Origin: an uncultured Pseudomonadota bacterium
Lineage (GTDB): Bacteria; Myxococcota_A; Polyangia; Fen-1088
Assembly: GCA_963774325.1 (NCBI GenBank)
Contig: CAVZEF010000004.1
Coordinates: forward strand, 222,958 to 286,957
Direction: 5' to 3'
Length of the DNA: 64,000 nucleotides
The position numbers were made by a program, and so were the translations under genes. Shown piece by piece: positions 28,713-37,991 of the stretch. Below the pieces are notes generated by a model. It saw nothing but the letters and a program-made list of their open reading frames with translations. It ran no database searches and was not told where the DNA came from. Numbering within the stretch: position 1 is the first letter of the stretch; every line of letters starts with the position of its first letter.

Positions 28713-31700
28713 ATGAAGCGCCCAGACAAGCTCGATCGGGAGCCGTTCAGCCCGCGCACCGTCGACAAGGGCTCGCGCCTCCGCGGTGCGCAGGTCACCA
28801 AGGGGGTCTGCCCCTATTGCGCGGTCGGCTGTGGCCAGCTCATCTACACCAAGGGCGGCCAGCTCATCGACATCGAGGGCAACCCCGACAGCCCCATCAG
28901 CGAAGGCACGCTCTGTCCCAAAGGGGCCGACACCTTCCAGCTCGCCGTGAATCCGCACCGGGTCACGCACGTGCTCTATCGCGCGCCCCACTCCGACCAC
29001 TGGGAGAAGAAGCCGCTCGAATGGGCGGTCGCCGAGATCGCGCGCCGGGTGAAGGACGTGCGCGACGCCGACTTCATCGAGCGGGGCTCCGACGGGCGGC
29101 TGCGGAATCACGTCCGCACCATCGGTAGCCTCGGCGGCGCCACCATCGACAACGAGGAGAACTACCTCATCAAGAAGCTCCTCGGCGGCGGCCTGGGCGT
29201 GGTGTCGATCGAGAACCAAGCTCGAATATGACACAGCGCCTCGGTGCCCGGTCTGGGCGCCTCGTTCGGCCGCGGAGCCGCCACCAACTACCAGCAGGAT
29301 CTGGCGAACAGTGACTGCGTCTTGATCATGGGCTCCAACATGGCGGAGGCGCACCCGGTCGGCTTCCGCTGGCCGATGCTCGCCAAGGAGCGCGGCGCGA
29401 CGATGATCCACGTCGACCCGCGCTTCACCCGCACCTCGGCGCTCGCCGACTTGCACGTCCAGATCCGCGCCGGCAGCGACATCGCTTTCCTCGGCGGCCT
29501 CGTCAACTACGTCCTCGCGAACGAGAAGTGGTTCAAGGAGTACGTCGAGAGCTACACCAACGCGTCGTCGATCATCGACGAGGCGTTCAAGGACACCGAG
29601 GATCTGGACGGCGTCTTTTCCGGCCTCGGCGACCGCGCCTACGACACGCAGGCCGGCCACTGGGCCTACGCCAAGGTGCCCGGCCAGGACGGGGGCGGCG
29701 GTAGCGGCAGCGGCGAGTCGTCGGCCGGCCATGGGCACGAGGGCGCCGCCCCGGGGATCGGACCGCCCGGCAGCGTGCCGAAAGACCCGACGCTCAAGGA
29801 TCCGCGCTGCGTGATGCAGATCTTGCGACGCCATTTCTCCCGATACACGCCGGAGATGGTGTCGAAGGTGACGGGCTGCCGCCCGGAAGAGCTCCTTCGC
29901 GTCGCCGAGCTCCTGTGCGCGAATTCGGGGCGCGAGCGGACCTCATCGATCGTCTACGCGCTCGGCTGGACGCAGCACTCGACCGGCGTGCAGATCATCC
30001 GCACCGCCGGGATCCTCCAGCTGCTCCTCGGCAACATGGGCCGCCCGGGCGGCGGCATCATGGCGATGCGCGGCCACTCGACCATCCAGGGCTCGACCGA
30101 CATCGCGACGCTCTACGACGTCCTGCCCGGCTACCTGCCCCAGCCGACCACCGACGACAAGCACCAGACCCTCGGCGAGTACTGCGAGAGCGAGGGAATG
30201 CCGACCGGCTACTGGGCGAACTTCAAGAAGTTCACCGTGAGCCTGCTCAAAGCGTGGTACGGCGACGCGGCGACCAAGGACAACGACTTCGGCTACTCGT
30301 TCCTGCCGCGGATCGACGACGACTATTCGCAGCTCCCCTACTTCAACCGGATGGCCAACGGCGAGATCAAAGGCTACTTCCTGTTCGGCCAGAACCCCGC
30401 CGGCGGCGCGCCCAACGCCGTCCTGCACCGCGCCGGCATGCGCAAGCTCGACTGGCTGGTGTGCGTCGATTGGTTCGAGACCGAGAGCGCGGTGTTCTGG
30501 AAGGACGATCCGAACGCGCCGCCGCCGTCGGAGATCAAGACCGAGGTGTTCTTCATCCCCGCCGCGGCGTCGCCCGAGAAAGAGGGCTCGCTCACCAACA
30601 CGCAGCGCATGCTCCAGTGGCACGACATCGCGCTCGACCCGCCCGACGACTGTCGCTCCGACGCCTGGTTCCTCTACCAGCTCGGCAAGAAGCTGAAGGA
30701 GCTCTACGCCGGCTCGACGCTCGCGCGCGACCAGGCGCTGCTCGCGCTCACCTGGGACTACGAGCGCAAGCACCGGCACGTCCTGCCCGACGGGACACCG
30801 AGCCGCATCGAAGGCGAGCCCGATCTCGAAAAAATTCTGCGCGAGGTCAACGGGTGCAAGCTCGATGACATCGACGAGCGCACCGGCGAGCCGCGGTTGC
30901 TGTCCGGCTTCGGCCAGCTCGCCGACGACGGATCGACGGCGAGCGGCTGCTGGATCTACTGCGGGGTGTACCCGGAGCCGGGGCGAAACCGCGCGCGCGA
31001 GCGCAAGCGCACCGGCCACCCGCTCGAGCCGGAGTGGGGCTACGCGTGGCCCGACAACCGCCGCATCATGTACAACCGCGCCTCGGCGGATCCCGAGGGC
31101 AAGCCGTGGTCGGAGCGGAAGAAGCTGGTGTGGTGGGACGAGACGGAGAAGAAGTGGGTGGGCCTCGACCGCCCCGACTACGACCCGCTCAAGCCGCCGA
31201 GCTACCGCCCGCCGCCCGACGCCAAGGGCATGGCGGCGATCGCCGGGAACCAGCCGTTCATCATGAAAGGCGACGGCCTGGGCTGGCTGTACGCGCCGAG
31301 CAAGGTGAAGGACGGGCCGCTGCCGGCGCACTATGAACCGATCGAATCGCCGGTGGGGAACCTGCTCTACCCGCGGCAGACGTCGAGCCCGACGGTGCGC
31401 ACCTTCGACGGGCCGCTCAACCAGCTCTCGTACGCGCCGACTGACGCGTATCCGATCATCGCGACGACGTTCCGCCTGACGGAGCACTATCTCAGCGGCC
31501 CGATGAGCCGGTTCAATAGCTGGCTCAACGAGCTGCAGCCGGAGATGTTCGTGGAGCTCGGCCCCGAGCTCGCCGCCGAGCGCGGCATCGAGCACGCGGG
31601 CTGGGTGACGGTGTCGACGCCGCGCGGAACCATCGAGGCGCGCGCCATGGTCACGCGGCGGCTGCGTCCGGTGCCGCTCGGCGGCGGCGTCGTCCACCAG

Positions 31701-31958
31701 ATCGGCCTGCCGTTCCACTGGGCGTTCGCGGGCGAGAGCGTCGGCGGCAACGCCAACGACCTCACCGCGCTGCTCGCGGACCCCAACGTGTCCATGCACG
31801 AGGCCAAGGCGTTCACTTGCCAGATCGCTCCCGGCCGCCTGCCCGCCGACAAGCGCCCGCACGCGACCAAACCGCTGGCCCTGCGGCCGACCGAGGAGCC
31901 GATCCCGGACACGCCCGAGTCGGCGCAACCCGAGGGGAGGTTCCGTCGTGGCCGTTAG
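28713..31958 (+). CDS. fdnG: Selenocysteine-containing formate dehydrogenase alpha subunit (Mo/W-bisPGD); UGA=Sec at 29229-29231
   Basis: CPYCAVGCG...LCPKG cluster; ENQARI-TGA-HSASVPGLGASFGRG continues in frame; GSNMAEAHPVGF, MRGHSTIQGSTD, TTFRLTEH; exact start uncertain. Confidence 0.93.
29232..29262 (+). promoter_or_regulatory. Bacterial SECIS element
   Basis: GTGCCC-GGTCT-GGGCGC hairpin 13 nt after the UGA, with the GGUCU apical motif seen in fdh SECIS elements. Confidence 0.8.
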
Positions 31959-32781
31959 ATCGCCGATCCTCGATCAGCTCATGCGCGGCATGGAAAAGGC
32001 GACACCGCCGCCGGCCAAGGCCGAGACCGGCTTCTACACCGACACGACGGTCTGCATCGGCTGCAAGGCGTGCGAGGTGGCGTGCAAGCAGTGGAACCAG
32101 CTCCCCGCCGACGGCCTCGAGTGGACCGGCAACAGCCACGACAACACCGGCGCGCTGTCGGCGCAGTCGTGGCGGCACGTGAAGTTCATCGAGCAGTTCC
32201 CCGAGAGCGGCGGGCCCGGCCGCTGGCTGATGATGAGCGACGTGTGCAAGCACTGCGTGAACGCGCCCTGCCACGAGGCGTGCCCGACCGGCGCGATCGT
32301 CTACAACGAGACCGGCAACGTCTACATCCAGCAGGACGTTTGCAACGGCTGCGCTTACTGCGTCGCCGCCTGCCCGTTCGGCGTGATCACGCGCAGCCTG
32401 TTCGACGGCCACGCCCACAAGTGCACGCTGTGCTACGACCGGCAGCGCGATGACATGGTCCCGGCCTGCGCCAAGACCTGCCCGACGGCATCGATCCAGT
32501 TCGGGCCGATCGAGGAGCTGCGCGAGCGCGCGCGCAAGCGGGTCGACACCCTCCACGAGCGCGGCGTGACCTCGGCCTATCTTTACGGCGATCGCGAGAC
32601 GGAGACGTACTCGGCGTTGAACTCGTTCTATCTGCTCGTCGACAAACCGTCGATCTACGGCCTCCCCGACACGCCCGTCCACCCGTGGTTGCACATGAAG
32701 GGTGACTACGTGCGCGCGTTCTCGAGCGGCCTGGTCGCCTTGCTGGTCGCTCTCGTCGCGCTCGTGGCCTTCCGGGTGTGA
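31948..32781 (+). CDS. fdnH: Formate dehydrogenase iron-sulfur (beta) subunit with C-terminal TM
   Basis: CIGCKACEVAC, CKHCVNAPCHEACP, CNGCAYCVAACP, CTLCYDR..PACAKTCP. Confidence 0.9.
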   Translation: MAVRSPILDQLMRGMEKATPPPAKAETGFYTDTTVCIGCKACEVACKQWNQLPADGLEWTGNSHDNTGALSAQSWRHVKFIEQFPESGGPGRWLMMSDVCKHCVNAPCHEACPTGAIVYNETGNVYIQQDVCNGCAYCVAACPFGVITRSLFDGHAHKCTLCYDRQRDDMVPACAKTCPTASIQFGPIEELRERARKRVDTLHERGVTSAYLYGDRETETYSALNSFYLLVDKPSIYGLPDTPVHPWLHMKGDYVRAFSSGLVALLVALVALVAFRV

Positions 32782-33587
32782 TGCGCGGCTACGCCGATTC
32801 ACCCTCCGTGAAGGCGCCGAACTGGCACGGGCTGGTCGTCGCCGATATCCTGCTCAACAACCTCTGCACCGGCCTGTTCCTGGTTGCGGCGCTGGGCGAG
32901 CTGGCCGCGCCGGCCACGTTCGCCGCCACCGCACGCGTCGCCTACCCGGTGGTCCTCGGGCTGCTGATCCTCGACCTCGTGTGCCTGGTGCTCGACCTCG
33001 GCGATCCGCTGCGCTTTCATCATATGCTGCGGGTCTTCAAGTTGCGCTCGCCGATGTCGGTCGGAGTGTGGTCGCTGGTCGCGTTCTCGCCGGTAGGTCT
33101 CCTCGGGGTGATGACGATCCTCGGCTTCGGCCCGGCGTGGGACGGCGTGCGCCGCGTGCTGGCAGCCGCCGGACTGGTCCCGGCGCTGGTGGCGGCGATG
33201 TACAAGGGCGTCCTGTTCAGCACCACCGCCCAACCGGGGTGGCGCGACGCGCGCTGGCTGGGCGGGTACCTCACGACGTCGGCGGTGCTCCTCGGCTGCG
33301 CCGAGCTCCTGGTGCTCGCGCTCGTTCTGGGTCAGCTCGCGGCGACCACCGCGCTCCGCAACGCGACCCTGGCCCTGCTGGTGGTGAACGGAATCGGCCT
33401 GGCGCTGGTCGTCAAGGACGTGCCTCTGCTCCGGCGCGCCGCCGCCGTCGCCGGCGTGGTGGGCATCGCGGCGCCGCTGCCGCTGCTCTGGTGGTCAGGC
33501 CCGGCGCCGTTCGCGGCCGCCACGGCGCTGATCGTCGCCGGCGCGCTGGTGGTTCGCCGCGCGCTCGTGCACCTGCCGCACCAGTAG
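32778..33587 (+). CDS. nrfD: NrfD/PsrC-type membrane anchor
   Basis: VKAPNW, LVLDLGDPLRFHHMLRVFKLRSPMSVG, YKGVLFSTTAQPGW; multiple TM; GTGA/ATG overlap. Confidence 0.85.
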   Translation: MMRGYADSPSVKAPNWHGLVVADILLNNLCTGLFLVAALGELAAPATFAATARVAYPVVLGLLILDLVCLVLDLGDPLRFHHMLRVFKLRSPMSVGVWSLVAFSPVGLLGVMTILGFGPAWDGVRRVLAAAGLVPALVAAMYKGVLFSTTAQPGWRDARWLGGYLTTSAVLLGCAELLVLALVLGQLAATTALRNATLALLVVNGIGLALVVKDVPLLRRAAAVAGVVGIAAPLPLLWWSGPAPFAAATALIVAGALVVRRALVHLPHQ

Positions 33588-33742
33588 CGTTTCGCGCCTT
33601 CCCGATCTCGCCGTCCATGCGGGCTCGAGGGGGGCGGGACTGACGCGAGAAGGACTCACGCGAGGGGGGACTCCCGACGGGCATCGCAATGATTAAGGTC
33701 GAGACAACCTACAGTCTTCTTCCCTTGATCAAGGAGTGCGCG

Positions 33743-34483
33743 ATGAAACGAGTACATCTAGGACTGCCTGTGACGGTGGCCATGATTTTTCTTGGCGGCG
33801 CTTGCAGCAGTAACAACAACGGTGGCGTCGGCGGTGCCGGCGGAAGCTCAACCGGTGGCCACGATGGCGGCGCGGGAGGTGCGGCGACCGGCGGCGCGGG
33901 CGGCGCAGGCACCGGCGGTGTCGGAGGCGGCGCGGCCGGCGGTCGACTGGATGCCGGACCCGACGTCCCCGCTGACGGCAATACGGATGCGCCAGTCGGA
34001 GACGCGCTCATTCCCGCGACCTTTACTCAGGTCTTCAACCAGATCCTGAACAACACCACCATGCCGACGGCCGCTACGTCACCGGGTTGCGCCAACTGTC
34101 ACGACGGCATGGCGGTCGATGGGGGAAACGCCAACCAGATCATCGTCCATTCGTTGAACTACCGGGACAAGGCCGGCGCTTATACGACGCTGGTGGGAAC
34201 GCAGATTCCGGCGGTGGGTGTGGACTCACTGCGCTGCCCGGGCATGGATGGCGGCGCCGCCATCAAGCGCGTGCGTCCTGGCAATCCCGATGAAAGCGTC
34301 CTGGTGCAGAAGCTGCGTCAGGGGTTAGGGATCGGCACCGCCTGCGACGGCGTCGGTATGCCACTCAACATTCCGCTGCCCAACGACGGCGGCGCGGATG
34401 CGGGGTTCACCACGCACGCGATCACCACTGACCAGCTGAACCTGGTGATCAGCTGGATAAACGCCGGCGCGATCAATAACTAG
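33743..34483 (+). CDS. Monohaem c-type cytochrome lipoprotein with Gly linker
   Basis: LGGA-C lipobox, CANCH, RVRPGNPDESVLVQKL, GMP, LVISWINAGA. Confidence 0.75.
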   Translation: MKRVHLGLPVTVAMIFLGGACSSNNNGGVGGAGGSSTGGHDGGAGGAATGGAGGAGTGGVGGGAAGGRLDAGPDVPADGNTDAPVGDALIPATFTQVFNQILNNTTMPTAATSPGCANCHDGMAVDGGNANQIIVHSLNYRDKAGAYTTLVGTQIPAVGVDSLRCPGMDGGAAIKRVRPGNPDESVLVQKLRQGLGIGTACDGVGMPLNIPLPNDGGADAGFTTHAITTDQLNLVISWINAGAINN

Positions 34484-34552
34484 GCGCCCGACAGCCTGCG
34501 GGCCGATCGTCATCGAGCGAGCCGGGAAATCTCCCGGCTCGCGAGGAGCCTC

Positions 34553-35212
34553 ATGAGAAGACTTGCTTTGCTGATCGTGATGATCGCCGCCCCGTCGGGT
34601 TGTTATGGACATCGTCATGGCCGCGGCTACGGGGGACCCGGCTACGGGCCCCCGGGCTACGGAGCGCCGGGGTCTGGGCCCGGCTCCGGGTATTACGGCA
34701 TGGCCGGCTGCGGCCTCGGCTCATTGCTCTTCTGGGGCGACAACGAACCAGTTGCCCAGGTACTGGCGGCGACCACCAACGGCACGTTCGCCACCCAGAC
34801 CTTTGGCATCAGCTCCGGCACGTCCAATTGCGTCTCCGGCGGCGTGCTGCGCGCTGAGCATGAGCAGGCGGCTTTCGCCGAGGTGAATTTCGAGGATCTC
34901 AAACGGAACATGGCCGCGGGAGGCGGTGAATACCTGCGCTCGTTCTCGACGCTGCTCGGCTGCGAGGAGTGGGCAAAACCGGCCTTCTTCAAGATGACCC
35001 AGGAACGATTCGACAGGATCTCACCCTCGGAGAAGGCCGGCCCGATCGAGCTGGTCGTGGCCACCAAGGCCGAGATCCGCGCCAATCCCGCCCTCGCGCT
35101 CGCTTGCAGCGACGAGCACGCGATCGCGCGCGCCAGGAACGTCCCCGCCCCCCGCAGCATATCGTCGCCGGTGGCGCGCCCCTTGTGGATGGCGGGCCGG
35201 GTCTCATTTTGA
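34553..35212 (+). CDS. DUF3015-like secreted protein
   Basis: YGMAGCGLGSLLF, QVLAATTNGT...TFGISSGTSNC, AAGGGEYL; GYG-P repeats at the N-terminus. Confidence 0.8.
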   Translation: MRRLALLIVMIAAPSGCYGHRHGRGYGGPGYGPPGYGAPGSGPGSGYYGMAGCGLGSLLFWGDNEPVAQVLAATTNGTFATQTFGISSGTSNCVSGGVLRAEHEQAAFAEVNFEDLKRNMAAGGGEYLRSFSTLLGCEEWAKPAFFKMTQERFDRISPSEKAGPIELVVATKAEIRANPALALACSDEHAIARARNVPAPRSISSPVARPLWMAGRVSF

Positions 35213-35216
35213 GGAG

Positions 35217-36362
35217 ATGACGCGCGCGGCGAAAAAGAAGCAAGCGAGCAAGGCCGGCCCGCTGCGGTTCGCGGTGATTGGGCAGGGGTACTTTGCCCAG
35301 GCTGCGGTGCTGCCTGCCTTCGCACAGGCGCAGGGCTGCCAGCTGCGCGCTCTTTTCTCCGAGGACCACACGAAGTTGCGCGCGCTCAAGCGGAAGTACG
35401 GCCTGACGGCGGCTTTCGGCTACGACCGGTACGATGAGTACCTGCGCAGTGGCGAGGTCGACGCCGTTTACGTAGCCGTACCCAACGACCAGCATCGCGA
35501 GTACGTGGAGCGCGCCGCGCGGGCCGGCGTGCACGTGTTGTGTGAGAAGCCCCTCGGCGTCGACGCGGACGACGCGGAGCGCATGGTCGCTGCCTGCGAG
35601 AGCGCCCACGTTCGTCTCATGACTGCCTATCGCTTGCACTTCGAGGCTGCGACGCTCGAGGCGATCGAACGCGTGCAGAGCGGAGATATCGGTCGCCCGC
35701 GCTTCTTCGCCAGCACATTCGCCCTGCAGGTGCGAAAGGACAATATCCGCACCAGCGCCGCGCGCGGTGGTGGTCCGCTTCTCGACCTGGGCATCTATTG
35801 CGTGAATGCGGCGCGATCGCTCTTTCGCGCCGAACCAACGGAAGTCATGGCGACCGCGGCCTCACGCGAGAGCGACCCGCGATTCAAAGAGGTCCCCGAA
35901 CAGGTCGCAGCGACGTTGCGCTTCCCAGACGACCGACTGGCGCAATTCACCTGCAGCTTTGGCGCCTACGATCACTCGTCCCTGACGGTGGTCGGTCAAA
36001 AGGGCCGCGTCTGCTTGGATCCGGCCTATGACTACGCCGTGCCTCTGACAGTCATGACCGACGTCGAGGGAAAGAAGCCGCGCGAGAAGACATTCGCAAA
36101 ACGCGATCAAGTCGCGGCGGAGCTCGTCATGTTCGCGCGCTCGGTGCGCGAAGGGCGCGATCCCGAGCCCTCGGGCCGGGAGGGATTGGCTGACCTGCGC
36201 GTCCTCGACGCGATCGCTCGTGCGATCGACAGCCGCCGCGTCGAGCGCGTCGTCTCTGGTCGAGACCTGGCGCTCGAGCGCCCGAAAAAGAATCAGCGCA
36301 TCGAGCGTCCGGCCCACGGCATGCCTGGGCTCGTGCACGCGCAGTCACCGGGTCGCGGCTGA
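35217..36362 (+). CDS. Gfo/Idh/MocA family oxidoreductase
   Basis: RFAVIGQGYFA, VDAVYVAVPN, HVLCEKP, GGPLLDLGIYC. Confidence 0.92.
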   Translation: MTRAAKKKQASKAGPLRFAVIGQGYFAQAAVLPAFAQAQGCQLRALFSEDHTKLRALKRKYGLTAAFGYDRYDEYLRSGEVDAVYVAVPNDQHREYVERAARAGVHVLCEKPLGVDADDAERMVAACESAHVRLMTAYRLHFEAATLEAIERVQSGDIGRPRFFASTFALQVRKDNIRTSAARGGGPLLDLGIYCVNAARSLFRAEPTEVMATAASRESDPRFKEVPEQVAATLRFPDDRLAQFTCSFGAYDHSSLTVVGQKGRVCLDPAYDYAVPLTVMTDVEGKKPREKTFAKRDQVAAELVMFARSVREGRDPEPSGREGLADLRVLDAIARAIDSRRVERVVSGRDLALERPKKNQRIERPAHGMPGLVHAQSPGRG

Positions 36363-36420
36363 GCGAAGGCCGCCGCGACAAATACGCCACGTCGTGCCAC
36401 GAAGACCGCACGAGGGAGCG

Positions 36421-36453
36421 ACGAACGCCGACCCCAAAAGGACCGGCGTTCGT
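36421..36453. terminator. Stem-loop between convergent genes
   Basis: ACGAACGCCG/CGGCGTTCGT 10-bp stem. Confidence 0.4.
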
Positions 36454-36467
36454 CGCGAAGAGTGATT

Positions 36468-36656
36468 CTACTTTTCCGTCTTGGTCTCGGACTTGGTCTC
36501 GCTCTCGGTCTTGGAACCGTCGGCATTCTTCTTCGATTTCTTCGTCTTCTTGGTGGTCTTCGTCTCGGTAGAGGGAGCGTCGTCAGCCTTCGCGATGGTC
36601 CACGTGGCGGGCAGCAGAAAGGCCAGGCCGAGGAAGATGGTGCGAACGAGATTCAT
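36468..36656 (-). CDS. Small secreted Lys/Thr/Glu-rich protein
   Basis: Signal peptide (AKA), TETKTTKK repeats, GGAGAG RBS. Confidence 0.75.
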   Translation of the reverse strand: MNLVRTIFLGLAFLLPATWTIAKADDAPSTETKTTKKTKKSKKNADGSKTESETKSETKTEK

Positions 36657-36794
36657 TGGTCTCTCCTTGATGTTGGGGAATGACAGCCGAGCAAGCTAGT
36701 GTCGAATCCCTACTCCGGAACCCCCCAGCCGTCGATCTTGCCGAGGGCGGAGGCTGCACTGGCGTCACCCGTGGGGGTGGATACTTTCTGAGCC

Positions 36795-37319
36795 ATGACA
36801 ACAGGCGATGCAGTCAAGGTATCCGACGAAGAGAAACGCGAGCACGTCAGGAAGCTCGTGGCGGGGTTCGATACCGCCATGCTGGTCACGACCGGCCTCG
36901 CGGGTGGCCTCCGCTCACGTCCGCTGAGCATTGCGAAGAATCGCGAGGACGACACGCTGTACTTTGCGACCGCGTTCGATTCGGAGAAGGTGCACGAGAT
37001 CGAGCGGAATTCGAATGTGAACGTGGTCTTGCAGGATGGCCGCCGATTCGTGTCGTTGACCGGTCGAGCGCGGATCGTTCACGATCGCGCGCTCATCCAC
37101 GAGCTGTGGTCCGAGTCGTGGAAGATCTGGTTTCCCGAGGGAGAGACCGATCCGTCGTTGTGCCTGCTGGCGGTCGAGCCGCTCGAGGCGGCTTACTGGG
37201 ACGGCGCGGGCGCGATCGGACTGAAGTACCTCTTCGAGATGGCGCGCGCCTACGTGACGAATACCCGCCCCCAATCTGACGACGACGAGCACCACACCGG
37301 CCACGTCAAGCTCCGATAG
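36795..37319 (+). CDS. Pyridoxamine-5'-phosphate-oxidase-like general stress protein
   Basis: MLVT..LRSRPLS, LYFAT, KVHEIE, LWSESWKIWFPEG..DPSL, AAYWD. Confidence 0.88.
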   Translation: MTTGDAVKVSDEEKREHVRKLVAGFDTAMLVTTGLAGGLRSRPLSIAKNREDDTLYFATAFDSEKVHEIERNSNVNVVLQDGRRFVSLTGRARIVHDRALIHELWSESWKIWFPEGETDPSLCLLAVEPLEAAYWDGAGAIGLKYLFEMARAYVTNTRPQSDDDEHHTGHVKLR

Positions 37320-37391
37320 GCGTTCCTATCTCGAATGCGTAGACTCACTCCGGAACGCAGCGCTTCGCTGGAGAGATGGAGGAGTCCCGCA

Positions 37392-37946
37392 ATGAACCGT
37401 AAGAGTCTGCTCGCGATCGGTACGACGATGGTGGGACTCGCTGTCCTGGGCGGCGTCGCCGCTTCTGCTCAGGACAAGTACACCGTGAAAGTGCCGGGCG
37501 GGCTCGCGTTCTCTGACTTCAGAGGATACGAAGCCTGGCAGGCCATCTCGATGAGCCGAAACGAAAAGGCGGTCGCTGTCATCCTCGGCAATCCGACGAT
37601 GATCGCCGCCTATCAGGCCGGCATTCCCGGCAACGGCAAGCCCGTGCCCGACGGGGCCAAGATGGCCAAGGTCCACTGGATGCCGAAGCCGAACGAGTTC
37701 TTCCCGGATGCGACGGTGCCGGGAAACCTCCTCAACGTCGACTTCATGGAAAAGGACAGCAAGAGGTTCGCGGACAGCGGCGGGTGGGGATACGCCGTGT
37801 TCGACTACGACGCTTCGTCCGACGCATTCAAGCCGGGCACCACATCTGGCAAACCGCCGCAGGGAAACGACGCCAGGTGCGGGTTCGCGTGCCACACGAA
37901 GGCAAAGGCGAAGGACTACGTCTTTACGGAGTACGGGAAGCGCTGA
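37392..37946 (+). CDS. Cytochrome P460-family protein (CX3CH motif)
   Basis: Signal peptide, FRGYEAWQ, VPDGAKMAKV, VDFMEKDSKRF..SGGWGYAVF, CGFACH..AKAKDYVF. Confidence 0.8.
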   Translation: MNRKSLLAIGTTMVGLAVLGGVAASAQDKYTVKVPGGLAFSDFRGYEAWQAISMSRNEKAVAVILGNPTMIAAYQAGIPGNGKPVPDGAKMAKVHWMPKPNEFFPDATVPGNLLNVDFMEKDSKRFADSGGWGYAVFDYDASSDAFKPGTTSGKPPQGNDARCGFACHTKAKAKDYVFTEYGKR

Positions 37947-37991
37947 GCCGCGGGCTCCTCCAGAGGACACTGGATCTGCCTCGGAGGTTCC

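Noticed and set aside
28647-31958. FDH alpha appears as two ORFs, suggesting a nonsense pseudogene
   Set aside because: The UGA is at the conserved Cys/Sec position, the frame continues and a SECIS follows
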